Translations under genes and position numbers: made by a program
The notes under the pieces: generated by a model
The model's input: only the letters and a program-made list of their open reading frames with translations
What the model was told of the DNA's origin: nothing
Database searches by the model: none
Assembly (NCBI GenBank): GCA_002354205.1
Contig: DELD01000002.1
Coordinates: 15,496 to 79,495, forward strand
Direction of reading: 5' to 3'
Length of the DNA stretch: 64,000 nucleotides
From: Micavibrio sp. UBA2705
Lineage (GTDB): Bacteria; Pseudomonadota; Alphaproteobacteria; Micavibrionales; Micavibrionaceae
Shown: piece by piece, positions 38,092 to 48,518 of the stretch
Numbering within the stretch: the stretch's first letter is position 1
How the letters are laid out: each line of letters opens with the position of its first letter

Positions 38092-40377
38092 ATGACGGAT
38101 AAGCAAACGCCAGAGCGCCAAGATTCTGACAAAAATCAGCCACAGAAAAAGAAAACAGAACAGAAAAAGCCTGGTTTTTTCAGACGTAACATGTGGAATT
38201 TTGCTCTTATCGCTGCCGCGGGCTATGCTTATACAAGCTTTAATAACGCCGCCGAAAATGACCCTATCGCTTATGATTTAATGACGGGTTCAGAATTTAT
38301 CCAAACCGTTAATCACGACGATGTCAAAGCCGCACAGATCGAGTTAATCGATGGACAATATGTTGTCACCGGCACATTAAAGGTCAATACATATGAAAAG
38401 CCTGATCCTGATGCAGCCGGTAAAGAGCTTTCAGAAAAAGAACTGAGCACTGGGCCAAAATACAAAGCCGTTATGGGCCCTTCAGACCCTACAGCAATGT
38501 TAGAAAGCCGCGGCGTTCCCGTATCAAATGTCGATCACGACCCATATAAACGCCCTAACCCAGAAATCATCACGATTGACGACCTTGAAATGCTTATCGA
38601 CCAAGGTAAAGTCGGCGGCATAAGCTACACAAATGCAGGCGCAGGCAACGGCACAATATTTGAAGGAACCTACAAACCTGTCGCGGGTGATAATGATTAT
38701 GAAGTGCGTTTCAGCACAGCAGAGCACGGCTATAACACAGAAAACGTCCTACAAAAAATTAAAGACAATAATATTAAACGCAGCTACGTCACACAAGAAG
38801 CGCCAGGCTGGCTGTCTTCTATGCTGCCATGGCTGCTTTTCCCTGCGGTATTTATCGGCTTTATGCTGTGGCAAGGCCGCGGCGCAGGCCAAGGCAAGCC
38901 CGCACACCAGCGCATTGACCCAGAAGATATCACAGAAGGATTTGATGACGTTCAGGGCATTGACGACCAAAAAAGACAGCTTAAGCAAATGGTACGCTAC
39001 CTTCAAAATCCAGAAGAAATCGCACAAATGGGCGCGAAGCCACCTAAAGGCGCACTGCTTTCTGGCCCACCAGGAACAGGTAAAACCATGCTCGCAAAAG
39101 CCGTTGCCAAAGAAGCCGGCGTACCGTTCTTTTCCATTAACGGTTCTGACTTTGTTGAAATGTATGTCGGTGTCGGCGCGCGGCGCGCCCGCGCATTATT
39201 TGAAGACGCGAAGAAAAACGCACCCTGCATCATCTTTATTGATGAAATTGACGCGGTGGGCGGAAATCGTGGCGGCAATATGAGCAATGGTCACAGCGAA
39301 CAACAACAAACTTTGACGCAGATCCTCACTGCAATGGATGGCTTTGAAGCACAAAGCGGCGTTATTGTGATGGCGGCAACTAACCGCCCAGAGAGCCTCG
39401 ACCCTGCGCTTGTCCGCGCTGGTCGCCTTGATCGTAAAATTGAAGTCAACGTCCCTGACCTTGTTGGACGCGTCCAGATTCTTACAAAATATATGAGCAA
39501 TAAGAAATGCGCGAAAGACATCGATATTGAAACGATTGCCAAGACGACACCCGGCTTCCCAGGGGCGGAACTTGTCAATCTTGTCAATGAAGCATTGCTT
39601 TTAGCGCAGGAAGGTGGCCGCCAAGAAGCTGACATGATGGATTTTGTTACTGCGCGCGATAATATCGTCTTTGGCGCAGCGAAAAACCTGACAATAACTG
39701 AAAAAGAACAACGCCTAACCTGTGACCATGAAGCAGGCCACGCCATTGTCATGAAATACACAGAAGGTAGTGATCAAATTTTAAAAGCGACAGCAACGCC
39801 GCGTGCAAAATCATTAGGTATGGTTGAAACTTTCTCAGAAGGTGATCGCGTATCATATAATAAAAAGCAGCTCCTTGCATATATGGACGCCGCTATGGGG
39901 GGGCGCATTGCAGAAGAAATCTGGCATGGCGAAGATTACGTCACGACAGGTGCTTCACAAGACATCAAACAAGCGACAGCAATCGCGCGTCAGATGATCC
40001 TCGATTGGGGTTTTTCAGACTTTGGTATGCAAAGCTTTACCGAAGAACAGCGTGCAACATTTTTGAGCAAAGGCTCATCATCGCTGAGCGACATGTCAAA
40101 CGAGCAAAAAGCTAAACTAGATGAGCAAATTAATACGCTTCTTAAGGAATCATACGAGCGTGCGCGCAACCTTATCACCCTGCGCAAAGATGAATTAGAA
40201 CTTGTCTCAAACGCCTTGTTTGAGTATGAAACCGTTTCAGGCGCAGAAATTGACACCATCTGCGCTGGCGGAAAAATCACCCGCCGCCCAACGCAAGCGA
40301 TTAACGACAACAAGAAGCCAAACCCGCCAAGCAGCACTCAAGGCGGCGTACAAGGCCCTGAAATGCGCATGGGTTAA
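38092..40377 (+). CDS. FtsH-family AAA+ zinc metalloprotease with enlarged extracytoplasmic domain
   Basis: Walker A 'GPPGTGKT', Walker B 'IIFIDEIDA', SRH '[19 protein letters not shown]', zinc site 'HEAGHAIV'. About 190 aa lie between TM1 ('[14 protein letters not shown]') and TM2 ('[21 protein letters not shown]'). Confidence 0.9.
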   Translation: MTDKQTPERQDSDKNQPQKKKTEQKKPGFFRRNMWNFALIAAAGYAYTSFNNAAENDPIAYDLMTGSEFIQTVNHDDVKAAQIELIDGQYVVTGTLKVNTYEKPDPDAAGKELSEKELSTGPKYKAVMGPSDPTAMLESRGVPVSNVDHDPYKRPNPEIITIDDLEMLIDQGKVGGISYTNAGAGNGTIFEGTYKPVAGDNDYEVRFSTAEHGYNTENVLQKIKDNNIKRSYVTQEAPGWLSSMLPWLLFPAVFIGFMLWQGRGAGQGKPAHQRIDPEDITEGFDDVQGIDDQKRQLKQMVRYLQNPEEIAQMGAKPPKGALLSGPPGTGKTMLAKAVAKEAGVPFFSINGSDFVEMYVGVGARRARALFEDAKKNAPCIIFIDEIDAVGGNRGGNMSNGHSEQQQTLTQILTAMDGFEAQSGVIVMAATNRPESLDPALVRAGRLDRKIEVNVPDLVGRVQILTKYMSNKKCAKDIDIETIAKTTPGFPGAELVNLVNEALLLAQEGGRQEADMMDFVTARDNIVFGAAKNLTITEKEQRLTCDHEAGHAIVMKYTEGSDQILKATATPRAKSLGMVETFSEGDRVSYNKKQLLAYMDAAMGGRIAEEIWHGEDYVTTGASQDIKQATAIARQMILDWGFSDFGMQSFTEEQRATFLSKGSSSLSDMSNEQKAKLDEQINTLLKESYERARNLITLRKDELELVSNALFEYETVSGAEIDTICAGGKITRRPTQAINDNKKPNPPSSTQGGVQGPEMRMG

Positions 40378-40405
40378 ACCGTATACACATCAACAGTAAG
40401 ACAAA

Positions 40406-40437
40406 CAAAAACGGCGCTCCATTGGGCGCCGTTTTTA
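40406..40437. terminator. Bidirectional rho-independent terminator
   Basis: 9-bp stem, acggcgctc (40411-40419) / gggcgccgt (40424-40432), with a 4-nt loop. Flanked by an A-run and a T-run. Confidence 0.85.
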
Positions 40438-40457
40438 TTATACTCAAGCCGCAATAT

Positions 40458-41093
40458 TCAAGGCATTTTTTCAACAACGGGCGCTTTGCCTGTTGCAATA
40501 AGCGCGAGGCGCAATTTTTTACGCCGCCAGAAAATAAATGCCATAAAGCCCCATTCCGTAACCATTAAGAAAAACGGGTAAAACAGCACCGATAATGAAA
40601 AACTTGGCACGCAAAGCAGAATAAAGAAATAACGCAGCCCCGCCCAAAAATACGACACGGGCGGTTCACTGCTGGGGTCAACATAGGTTTTGCGGATCGT
40701 CGGGTAAAAGGTCAGCATATCAATCACAATAATCAACAACAGCGTAATCACAGGGTCTTTTGTCGCAAGCCACACAGGAATAAGCGCCAAAGCCGATAAA
40801 AAGGCCCCCCAATCAGAGCGCGTTATATGCTTTTCGCCATAGAACAGCGCCAAAACAGCGATAATCCAGCACGTGATCCCGACAAACAGCAACATATAGG
40901 ACGACAAATCGCCACCAAGTTGAAACTGCGCATAAGCGCCAATGCTAATAATTAGCCCCCAGTTAAACCAGCTAAAGAAATGCGGGCGTGTCTGGCGTTT
41001 AAATATGCTGTGAAAATAAAGCCCGTAGCGAATAACCGAAACAATAACCGCCAGCACAGCAAATACAGCCGCACGTTCAAATAAAAAATCCAT
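40458..41093 (-). CDS. Integral membrane protein (about 6 TM), unknown function
   Basis: Hydrophobic throughout. No recognised motif. Confidence 0.5.
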   Translation of the reverse strand: MDFLFERAAVFAVLAVIVSVIRYGLYFHSIFKRQTRPHFFSWFNWGLIISIGAYAQFQLGGDLSSYMLLFVGITCWIIAVLALFYGEKHITRSDWGAFLSALALIPVWLATKDPVITLLLIIVIDMLTFYPTIRKTYVDPSSEPPVSYFWAGLRYFFILLCVPSFSLSVLFYPFFLMVTEWGFMAFIFWRRKKLRLALIATGKAPVVEKMP

Positions 41094-41359
41094 AACAGAT
41101 ACCTGCTTTCAGCGCATATGATTATGCGCCAATAAACTATTAATCACATTTCGCGCGCGTGGGCAATAATCCATCTTGTCCACGGCGATATAAGAAAAAT
41201 ATACACTTCCCTTGATACTGCCGCGCGTATTTACTAGGCTTGTCATACGAAATATTCGCCCTTAAGCGCCTGAGCGGCCGAAATGCCCTCACCGTCATGA
41301 TAATAATAACAACAATAGTGGCTAACGCGCATCACATCATTAAACAGTTTGGTCTATAA

Positions 41360-42799
41360 ATGGTTGCCCTTAGCTTTATATCCTTCCTTCTTTTATTCGT
41401 TTTCATTGGCGCAATGTCTTTTTTTAAAAAGAAGAAGACATCGCAAGATTATTTGCTCGCCAATCAAAGCGTCAAACCGTGGCTTGTCGCACTTTCAGCC
41501 GTCGCGACCAATAATAGCGGTTATATGTTTGTCGGACAGATCGGCTTTACTTATCTTTACGGCCTGCATTCCATTTGGTTAATGATTGGCTGGGTCTTGG
41601 GTGACTTTGTCAGTTCAATCTTCGTTCATAAACGCCTGCGAGCAAAAACAGAAGAACGTAAAGTGATGAGCTTCGCGACATTACTAAGCCAGTGGCAGGG
41701 CGGCGAATTTAAAAAGCTCCGCGTCATTTGCGGCCTCATTACCCTGATTTTCCTTGGCACATATGCCGCCGCGCAGCTCAACGCGGGCAGCAAGGCGCTC
41801 CACGTCATGTTTGGCTGGGATTACGCCCTCGGCGCAATTATTGGTAGTGTCATCGTTCTCTCATATTGTTTTGCAGGCGGCATTCGCGCATCAATCTGGA
41901 CCGATGCCGCGCAATCTTTTGTCATGTTTGCCGCAATGAGTTTGATGGTCGTCATCAGCCTTGTCACATTAGGCGGCGTGCCGAACTTCATTGATAGCCT
42001 CTATAACGTCTCGCCAGATTACATGGCGCTCTTCCCTGATACTACATTCTTGGGCAGCGCAGCGCTTGCTTCCGCGCTCTTTGTTATTGGTTGGTTCTTT
42101 GCCGGCGCTGGCGTGATTGGCCAGCCACATATTATGGTGCGTTTCATGACGATTGATGATACAAAAAACATGAACCGCGCCCGCGCTTATTACTATGGGT
42201 GGTTTATTAGCTTTTATATGCTGACCATTATCACGGCGCTTGCCGCGCGCCTGTTGCTGCCCGAAGTCAGCAGTTTTGATGCCGAGCTTGCTTTGCCAAC
42301 ATTAGCGCAGCAATTACTGCCCGATATTTTAGTTGGCCTTGTTATTGCCGGCCTGTTCGCCGCAACAATGTCGACAGCAGATTCGCAAATCTTAAGCTGC
42401 ACCGCGGCGCTCACCAATGATTTGTTCCCCAAAAAGCTCTCTGGTTATAAAGCCAATAAGCTTTCCACGGTGTTTATCACGGCGCTCGCCTTGTGCATTG
42501 CTCTATTTGGCAGCAAGAGCGTCTTTAGCCTTGTTTTAATTGCATGGTCAGCGCTTGCCAGCGCCTTCGCCCCATTATTAATCCTCTACGCCTTTAAGCG
42601 CAAAGTCAGCGAATACCAAGCCATTGCGATGGTGCTCAGCGGCATTGGCGGCATGGTGCTGTGGCGCTATTTCGACCTCAACAACATCACATATGAAATT
42701 GTCCCTGGCGTGTTAACGGGTTTTGCCGTCTACGCATTATGGGGCAGTTGCAAATGCGCAGCATCCGCGCTAAAAAAGCCTGAAGGGCAACAGCAATAA
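41360..42799 (+). CDS. Sodium:solute symporter family (SSF, PutP-like) transporter
   Basis: 12-13 TM helices. 'GGIRASIWTDAAQ' SSF signature region. Confidence 0.85.
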   Translation: MVALSFISFLLLFVFIGAMSFFKKKKTSQDYLLANQSVKPWLVALSAVATNNSGYMFVGQIGFTYLYGLHSIWLMIGWVLGDFVSSIFVHKRLRAKTEERKVMSFATLLSQWQGGEFKKLRVICGLITLIFLGTYAAAQLNAGSKALHVMFGWDYALGAIIGSVIVLSYCFAGGIRASIWTDAAQSFVMFAAMSLMVVISLVTLGGVPNFIDSLYNVSPDYMALFPDTTFLGSAALASALFVIGWFFAGAGVIGQPHIMVRFMTIDDTKNMNRARAYYYGWFISFYMLTIITALAARLLLPEVSSFDAELALPTLAQQLLPDILVGLVIAGLFAATMSTADSQILSCTAALTNDLFPKKLSGYKANKLSTVFITALALCIALFGSKSVFSLVLIAWSALASAFAPLLILYAFKRKVSEYQAIAMVLSGIGGMVLWRYFDLNNITYEIVPGVLTGFAVYALWGSCKCAASALKKPEGQQQ

Positions 42800-42811
42800 G
42801 CGGAAAAATAT

Positions 42812-43714
42812 ATGAGCGATATCATCTTGCTTGATGGCGGCATGGGCCAAGAACTGATCAAACGATACAGCGGCAAAGCAACGCCGCTATGGTCGGCGCA
42901 GGTCATGCTTGATGCACCTGAATTAGTGCAAGAAACCCATGCGGGCTTCATTAATGCGGGCGCAAAAATCATCACGCTGAATAACTATACGGCAACGCCA
43001 TGCCGCCTTGAACGTGATGCATCACTGGAGCTATTGCAGCCGCTGCACGACGCCGCAATAAGCGCTGCAGAAAAGGCCATCGACCAAACACAGCGCCGTG
43101 ATGTGCGCATAGCGGGCTGCCTCCCACCTTTAATGGCAAGTTACATTGCGCAGGCCGTACCGCCAGAAGATGAATGCCTTGAACATTATCATGCGCTTGC
43201 CGCGCTACAAGCGCGCGCCTGTGATTTATTCATCTGCGAGACCATGTCAACCATTGCCGAAGCACGCGCCGCCGTATATGCCGCAAAAGCAGTAAACAAG
43301 GAAATATGGGTCGGCTTTGCCCTTGATGAGCGCAGCCATAATTTGCGCTCTGGCGAAACGCTGCAGAATGCCATCACCGCGATGAACGCCCTGAATGTCG
43401 ATGCCATTTTATTAAATTGCGCCGCGCCGAAAACCATTGATACAAATCTGCCAAGCGTAATATCAAACACCAAAAATGCAGGCGCATACGCCAATGCATT
43501 TGAAAGCGTCGAAGCCCTTGGCCCAGGCGGCACGGTCGAATGCCTGAAGGAGCGCCACGACTTAACCGCCGAGGAATACGCCGCTCATGCCCTCAGCTGG
43601 GTTGATATGGGCGCGCGCATTGTCGGCGGCTGCTGCGCGATTGGCCCTAAATATATAGCGCAGCTCCATAAAGCGCTCATAGAAAAAGGCCATCACATAA
43701 CAAACGCTTTGTAA
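42812..43714 (+). CDS. Homocysteine S-methyltransferase (Pfam S-methyl_trans type)
   Basis: 'ILLDGGMGQEL', 'AGAKIITLNNY', and C-terminal zinc-ligand pair 'VGGCCAIGP'. Starts 12 nt after the symporter gene. Confidence 0.85.
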   Translation: MSDIILLDGGMGQELIKRYSGKATPLWSAQVMLDAPELVQETHAGFINAGAKIITLNNYTATPCRLERDASLELLQPLHDAAISAAEKAIDQTQRRDVRIAGCLPPLMASYIAQAVPPEDECLEHYHALAALQARACDLFICETMSTIAEARAAVYAAKAVNKEIWVGFALDERSHNLRSGETLQNAITAMNALNVDAILLNCAAPKTIDTNLPSVISNTKNAGAYANAFESVEALGPGGTVECLKERHDLTAEEYAAHALSWVDMGARIVGGCCAIGPKYIAQLHKALIEKGHHITNAL

Positions 43715-43748
43715 TGGCCTTATCATTCATTTTTATCAGGCGAAGGGC

Positions 43749-46259
43749 TTAGCCCTCTGCCGCCATGGGCGTAATGGTAAAGGCTGTGTCTTCACCGTCA
43801 TTAGCGGTTTCGATGTTCAGGGCTTTGGCGCGCGCGGCGGAAAGCAGTGACATTTCAATGCCGCGCAGGCGTGCGCTGACATCACCATCGGTGCTGCCCA
43901 GAGCGATCGTTACCGATTCCAGCAATGAACCTGCGCCAATTTGCTGTTCAGAGCGCAAGCGGCGTACGCCAGCAAGCGTTTTCAGGACGTAATCCATATC
44001 CGCTTCCCCATCGCTGCCTAAAATTTCAGCATCCGCTTTTGGCCATGCAGAAACATGTAAAGATGAGTAATCTTCGCCGAACTTACCTGCTTGCTGATAA
44101 ATTTCTTCGGTAATAAATGGCGTGAACGGCGCAAAAAGGCCAAGCAATATACGCAATGAATCATATAATGTTGCCTGCGCAGAAAGCCGCGCCGCATCAT
44201 CCCAATCATAATTTTCCCAAAAACGCGCTTTGGTAAGCTCCAGATAGTTATCACAGAACGTCCCCCAGAAGAATTTATGCAGCTTTTCTTTCGCGCTCGC
44301 ATAATCAAAGCCTTCAAAAGCCGTGGTCATTTCATCTGCTAATTGATGCAGTTTCTTAAGTAACCAGCGGTCCTCTAATGTACGATCTTCAAATTTCGGG
44401 AAGTTTGCAGGTTCAACATTTTCACCCATATACATGAACGCCATCCGCGCCACATTCCAAAGCTTGACGACAACCTTACGGCCATCTTTGACTTCTTTTT
44501 CATGGTAGCGTAAATCTTGCCCAAGCTGCGAGTTTGCCGCCCAATAACGCAGCGCATCTGCGCCATATTTCTCAACAACTGAACCAGGGTCATAACGGTT
44601 ATAGCCGTTCGCATCGGTAAATTTCTCAAGGTCACGCTTTGAAACCTTTTTACCTTGCTCATTGAGCCCCCAGCCAGAAATCATGACGTTTTTCCACGGC
44701 AAGCTATCGGTGTGATATTCAGACTTAATCAATGTATAAAACAGCCATGTACGGATAATTTCAAACGCTTGTACGCGCAGATCCATCGGGTAAATATCCA
44801 TTGACCCTTTAACATCATCACGCCCTGCCCAATTGGCATTGATTAATGGCGAAACAGATGAAGTCATCCATGTTTCCATCACATCGGTTTCAGGAACAAT
44901 CGTCATACCAGCATATTTTTCCTGCGCCCATTTGGGTGGCTGGCTTTCAAGCGGGTCAAGCGGCAAGTCAGCTTCATCAGCCAAAATCACATCCCCAGTT
45001 TCTTGCACATACCAAATAGGGAACGGCACGCCGTAAAAACGCTGGCGTGAGATATTCCAGTTATATTTCAACCCGTCAATCCAATGTTCAAGGCGCACTT
45101 TCATCCAATCAGGGAACCATTCCAATTGGTTCATACGCGCGCGGAAGCGCTCTTTATGGTCAAGCACGTTAATGAACCATTGCGGCGCCATGACAAACTC
45201 AACCGGCTGTTCAGAGCGTTCGCCAACAGTGACATTTTGAACAATTTTTTGCTCTGCGCGAATAAGCTCAGCTTCTTTCAAGTCATTGACAATATTGGCG
45301 CGGGCATTAATCGCATCAAGGCCGGCATATTTGCCTGCCGCTTCGGTCATTTTGCCATCTGGCCCCATGATGATGCGGGTATCAAGCTTGTCTTCTTTCC
45401 ATTTTTTAACGTCTTCGCCGTCGCCAAAGGTACAAACCTGCATCAAGCCTGTGCCAAATTCCACGTCAACTTCTTCGGATGTTTTAATCGGCACTTCTCG
45501 CCCATCAGATAATGGCACTTTCGCCATCTTACCGACCAGATGCTTATAACGCGCGTCATCAGGGTTACAGTACATTGCAACGCAGGCAGGGATAAGCTCT
45601 GGGCGCGTGGTTGAAATAATCAGATCTTCGCCATCAGGGCCTTCAAAGGCGATGTCATACATTTTGCCTTTGCGCTCAATCGTCTCGCAGTCCGCCTGCG
45701 CGAGCGCCGTTTCAAAATGCGTATCCCACTGCACAGGCTCATCAGAGCGATAAATCAAACCTTTTTCATACAAATCTAAAAATGATTTTTGCGCCGTATG
45801 GCGTGAACGGTCATCAATGGTTGAATAACGCAGGCTCCAGTCAACAGACAGGCCAAGCGAGCGCCATAATTCCTCATATGTCTTTGCGCCTTTCTGCGTT
45901 TCATCAATGCATAATGCACGGAAATCAGAACGGCTAATTTTCTTTTTATTTACTTTGTGCTTTTGTTCAACATAGCGCTCTGTTGGCAGGCCATTATCAT
46001 CAAACCCCATTGGATAGAAAATGTTATAACCAAGCATACGTTTGTAACGGATAAGGATTTCTGCCTGCGTATAAGACATAGCATGACCAACATGCAAATG
46101 CGCTGCAGAAACATAAGGCGGCGGCGTATCAACCGAGAAAAGAGGCTTTTCGGAGTTTTGATCATAATCATAAATGCCTGTATCATCCCAAAGTTTGCGA
46201 CATTTATTTTCTAACTCTGTATTTTCAAAACTTTTATCAAGCTCAGGAAAGTTTACCAT
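43749..46259 (-). CDS. valS: Valine--tRNA ligase, archaeal/Rickettsia-like (type 2) form
   Basis: Class I aaRS. HIGH region 'PPPYVSAAHLHVGHAMSY', 'FYPMGFDDNGLPTERYVE', 'LSVDWSLRYSTID', KMSKS-like 'GKKVSKRD'. 836 aa, lacking the long bacterial C-terminal coiled coil. Confidence 0.75.
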   Translation of the reverse strand: MVNFPELDKSFENTELENKCRKLWDDTGIYDYDQNSEKPLFSVDTPPPYVSAAHLHVGHAMSYTQAEILIRYKRMLGYNIFYPMGFDDNGLPTERYVEQKHKVNKKKISRSDFRALCIDETQKGAKTYEELWRSLGLSVDWSLRYSTIDDRSRHTAQKSFLDLYEKGLIYRSDEPVQWDTHFETALAQADCETIERKGKMYDIAFEGPDGEDLIISTTRPELIPACVAMYCNPDDARYKHLVGKMAKVPLSDGREVPIKTSEEVDVEFGTGLMQVCTFGDGEDVKKWKEDKLDTRIIMGPDGKMTEAAGKYAGLDAINARANIVNDLKEAELIRAEQKIVQNVTVGERSEQPVEFVMAPQWFINVLDHKERFRARMNQLEWFPDWMKVRLEHWIDGLKYNWNISRQRFYGVPFPIWYVQETGDVILADEADLPLDPLESQPPKWAQEKYAGMTIVPETDVMETWMTSSVSPLINANWAGRDDVKGSMDIYPMDLRVQAFEIIRTWLFYTLIKSEYHTDSLPWKNVMISGWGLNEQGKKVSKRDLEKFTDANGYNRYDPGSVVEKYGADALRYWAANSQLGQDLRYHEKEVKDGRKVVVKLWNVARMAFMYMGENVEPANFPKFEDRTLEDRWLLKKLHQLADEMTTAFEGFDYASAKEKLHKFFWGTFCDNYLELTKARFWENYDWDDAARLSAQATLYDSLRILLGLFAPFTPFITEEIYQQAGKFGEDYSSLHVSAWPKADAEILGSDGEADMDYVLKTLAGVRRLRSEQQIGAGSLLESVTIALGSTDGDVSARLRGIEMSLLSAARAKALNIETANDGEDTAFTITPMAAEG

Positions 46260-46400
46260 TTCTTATCTAGTCCTTATGATTAGCGCGTTTAAGCCGCCTA
46301 CTTTATAGTGACTAAATGAATAATTCAAGCAGATAAGCATGCAGAATGACCTGCAGATCACCAGATTTTATGAGAAAAACAATGCGAAGGCCGCACGGCA

Positions 46401-47195
46401 CTATGGCTTATTGGGCGGTTGCGGCGCGGTTTGTGGCGGCGCGGGCGGTAATGCAGGCGGTTGAAACATGCCATCACGCAGGAAATTTATTGTATATTGA
46501 TGCGCAAGTGGGTCTAGCACCAATTGCGCATGGTCAGCGTGGAGCAATTCGTGATCCTTCATATAAGGGTGCTTTGTACTTTCCACGGCAACGCGCCCAT
46601 CATTGGGACGGCCATGAAACAAATGCCGCGCAACGAAATATGCGCTGTTATCATCACCGCTAATACAGCCCAAATCATAGTTTAAAGGCTGCATATTTTG
46701 CATGACGGCGGCGCGGAAGGCGGTGGTAAGTTCATTGCCTGCAGGGCCAAAGGTAAAGCCGTAATATTTACGGTTCAGCGCGCGGCTTTGCATGAAATCA
46801 GCAACGTCACTGCCATGATAGGGTGTGCCCAATGTAACGACGCGCCCTAAACATTGTGGGCTGTGATCTTTGATAATATTTTCAACAACAAGCCCGCCCA
46901 TTGAAAAACCAACAAAATGAGTTTTTTGTGCAGAGGCGTTAAATGTCGGGCTGAGGTGACGCTGCATAATATGTTCGGCACATTCCTTGACCGTTAAAGT
47001 CGTTGATGGGTAATCCCAATTATGCACTTCATAACCGGCGCGCACTAAGGCGCGCTCAAGTTCAACCATATCGGTATAATGGCCTGTCGCGCCGTGCAGC
47101 AACACAACGCGTTCATTTTTATTATCGCAGCAAATTTGCGCTTTTTCTTTAGAAACCCTGTGATTGACAAGTTGAGAATTATCCAAATTATCCAT
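46401..47195 (-). CDS. Alpha/beta-fold hydrolase (lipase/esterase-like) with Pro-rich C-terminal tail
   Basis: 'VVLLHGATG' and nucleophile elbow 'GFSMGG'. Tail 'PPALPPAPPQTAPQPPNKP'. Confidence 0.7.
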   Translation of the reverse strand: MDNLDNSQLVNHRVSKEKAQICCDNKNERVVLLHGATGHYTDMVELERALVRAGYEVHNWDYPSTTLTVKECAEHIMQRHLSPTFNASAQKTHFVGFSMGGLVVENIIKDHSPQCLGRVVTLGTPYHGSDVADFMQSRALNRKYYGFTFGPAGNELTTAFRAAVMQNMQPLNYDLGCISGDDNSAYFVARHLFHGRPNDGRVAVESTKHPYMKDHELLHADHAQLVLDPLAHQYTINFLRDGMFQPPALPPAPPQTAPQPPNKP

Positions 47196-47300
47196 CCCTA
47201 TATACTTATTCTTATCAATTTATACATATAGTGTTAGCACATCTCTTTATGGATAGCTAGCCCAGCACACTCAAATATACATAAGCCAAATGATCCGCGA

Positions 47301-48359
47301 TTAAAAACGGTAACCTACAGATATTGCGCCAAATAAGGACGGTTCATCTTGCCCATCAAATTCTTTTGAGCGCCAATTCAAGCTATAAGAAATCTGCGTC
47401 GCGCCGTAAGAAAGGCTAATTCCAGCGCTCGCATCCGCAACAAAGGTTTTCTTATCAACTGATGGGCTATCCTGAAAACTATTGCCATCAAGGAATATGT
47501 TGCGCGCAAAAGCACGCCCATCAAGGCCAATAAAAGCTGACCACGCAAATTCATTATCAGGCACAGCAAAAAAACCATTTCCCGGTATAGATGGACGCAC
47601 CCGCATCGGCGGTGATTGCCATTGATAGCGCTGCGGCGTTAATTGCAGCGTCACCCCGCCAGAGCCATAAGTATAAATATTGCCCAGCGAAAAACCAGCA
47701 TGGGGGCTAAGGCGTAAATGCAAATCATGCATATCCACGGCATATGCTTCTGGCCAATTGCGCTGCCACGATAAAATCGCGCCGACTTCATTTTTAAGCT
47801 GATAATCCCAGCCTGAAGGGTCATCCGCGCCGACCAAATCATGCACGGTTTCCTGCACTTCTTCGCCCATAGACCACGGGCCAATAACCCCCAATGTAAG
47901 CTCTAAGGAATCGATTGTGTTTTTATTGACGCTTGAAAACCCTGCGCTGCCATATAAAAACCCCGCATAAGGGCGATCTGACGGGTTTGGCGTACGCGCC
48001 GTAATATCGTCAGGCGTATATAAATTTTGTCCGACCGAATACGCAACAGATGTCGTTTCATTAAAAGTAAAAAACGGCAACATGCCATCAAGCGCAGCGA
48101 TAATATCTGGCGACTTCATCCCGACATCAAAATAAGTCAGCCGCGTGCCATGAGTATAGTTTTGGTCACTACGTGATGCAAACATATCGTTCTCAAGCGT
48201 CAATGTCAGAAAATGGTTATCACTATCAAGCAACCCTTGCGGGATTCTCTCTTGAAAGCTTGGCTTTTCTAAGGTTGAAATCTGTGCTTGCGCATATGCT
48301 GCGCCGCTCGCAAGCGCCGCCAAGACTACAATAAAATGAAAAAATACAACTCTACGCAC
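47301..48359 (-). CDS. Outer-membrane LpxR/DUF2219 family protein (putative lipid A deacylase)
   Basis: Signal peptide. 'TLENDMFASRSDQNYTHGTRLTY' matches the family N-terminal motif. C-terminal 'ISVGYRF' is a beta-barrel signature. Confidence 0.6.
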   Translation of the reverse strand: MRRVVFFHFIVVLAALASGAAYAQAQISTLEKPSFQERIPQGLLDSDNHFLTLTLENDMFASRSDQNYTHGTRLTYFDVGMKSPDIIAALDGMLPFFTFNETTSVAYSVGQNLYTPDDITARTPNPSDRPYAGFLYGSAGFSSVNKNTIDSLELTLGVIGPWSMGEEVQETVHDLVGADDPSGWDYQLKNEVGAILSWQRNWPEAYAVDMHDLHLRLSPHAGFSLGNIYTYGSGGVTLQLTPQRYQWQSPPMRVRPSIPGNGFFAVPDNEFAWSAFIGLDGRAFARNIFLDGNSFQDSPSVDKKTFVADASAGISLSYGATQISYSLNWRSKEFDGQDEPSLFGAISVGYRF

Positions 48360-48518
48360 GCGCGGCTCCTAGGGCTAAAACGCTTCACTATAGCGCCATA
48401 AAATCTTTTTTAACAGCTTATGCCCTATAATAAATTTTAAGTATAGTGCTTTCACATCGCCGCGATAAAAGATAGAATACCCCCAACGATATATAATGGA
48501 TTGTTGTAAGGTCAAATA

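Noticed and set aside
38633-39761. Long alternative-frame ORFs inside the ftsH-like gene (216 aa on the plus strand, 156 aa on the minus strand)
   Set aside because: They lie entirely within a gene with unambiguous AAA+/M41 motifs. Their translations are low-complexity and Ser/Ala/Arg/Cys-rich, which is typical of shadow ORFs.
41094-41359. Possible SAM-II or other methionine-related riboswitch upstream of the symporter / homocysteine methyltransferase pair
   Set aside because: I could not find the conserved U-rich/AAAGCU pseudoknot pattern or any convincing structured element. This is more likely a divergent promoter region. A covariance-model scan (Rfam) would be decisive.
46346-46663. 105-aa plus-strand ORF overlapping the 3' end of the alpha/beta hydrolase gene
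   Set aside because: It is Arg/Ala/His-rich and antisense to the Pro-rich tail coding region, so it is an artefact of GC-rich repeats.
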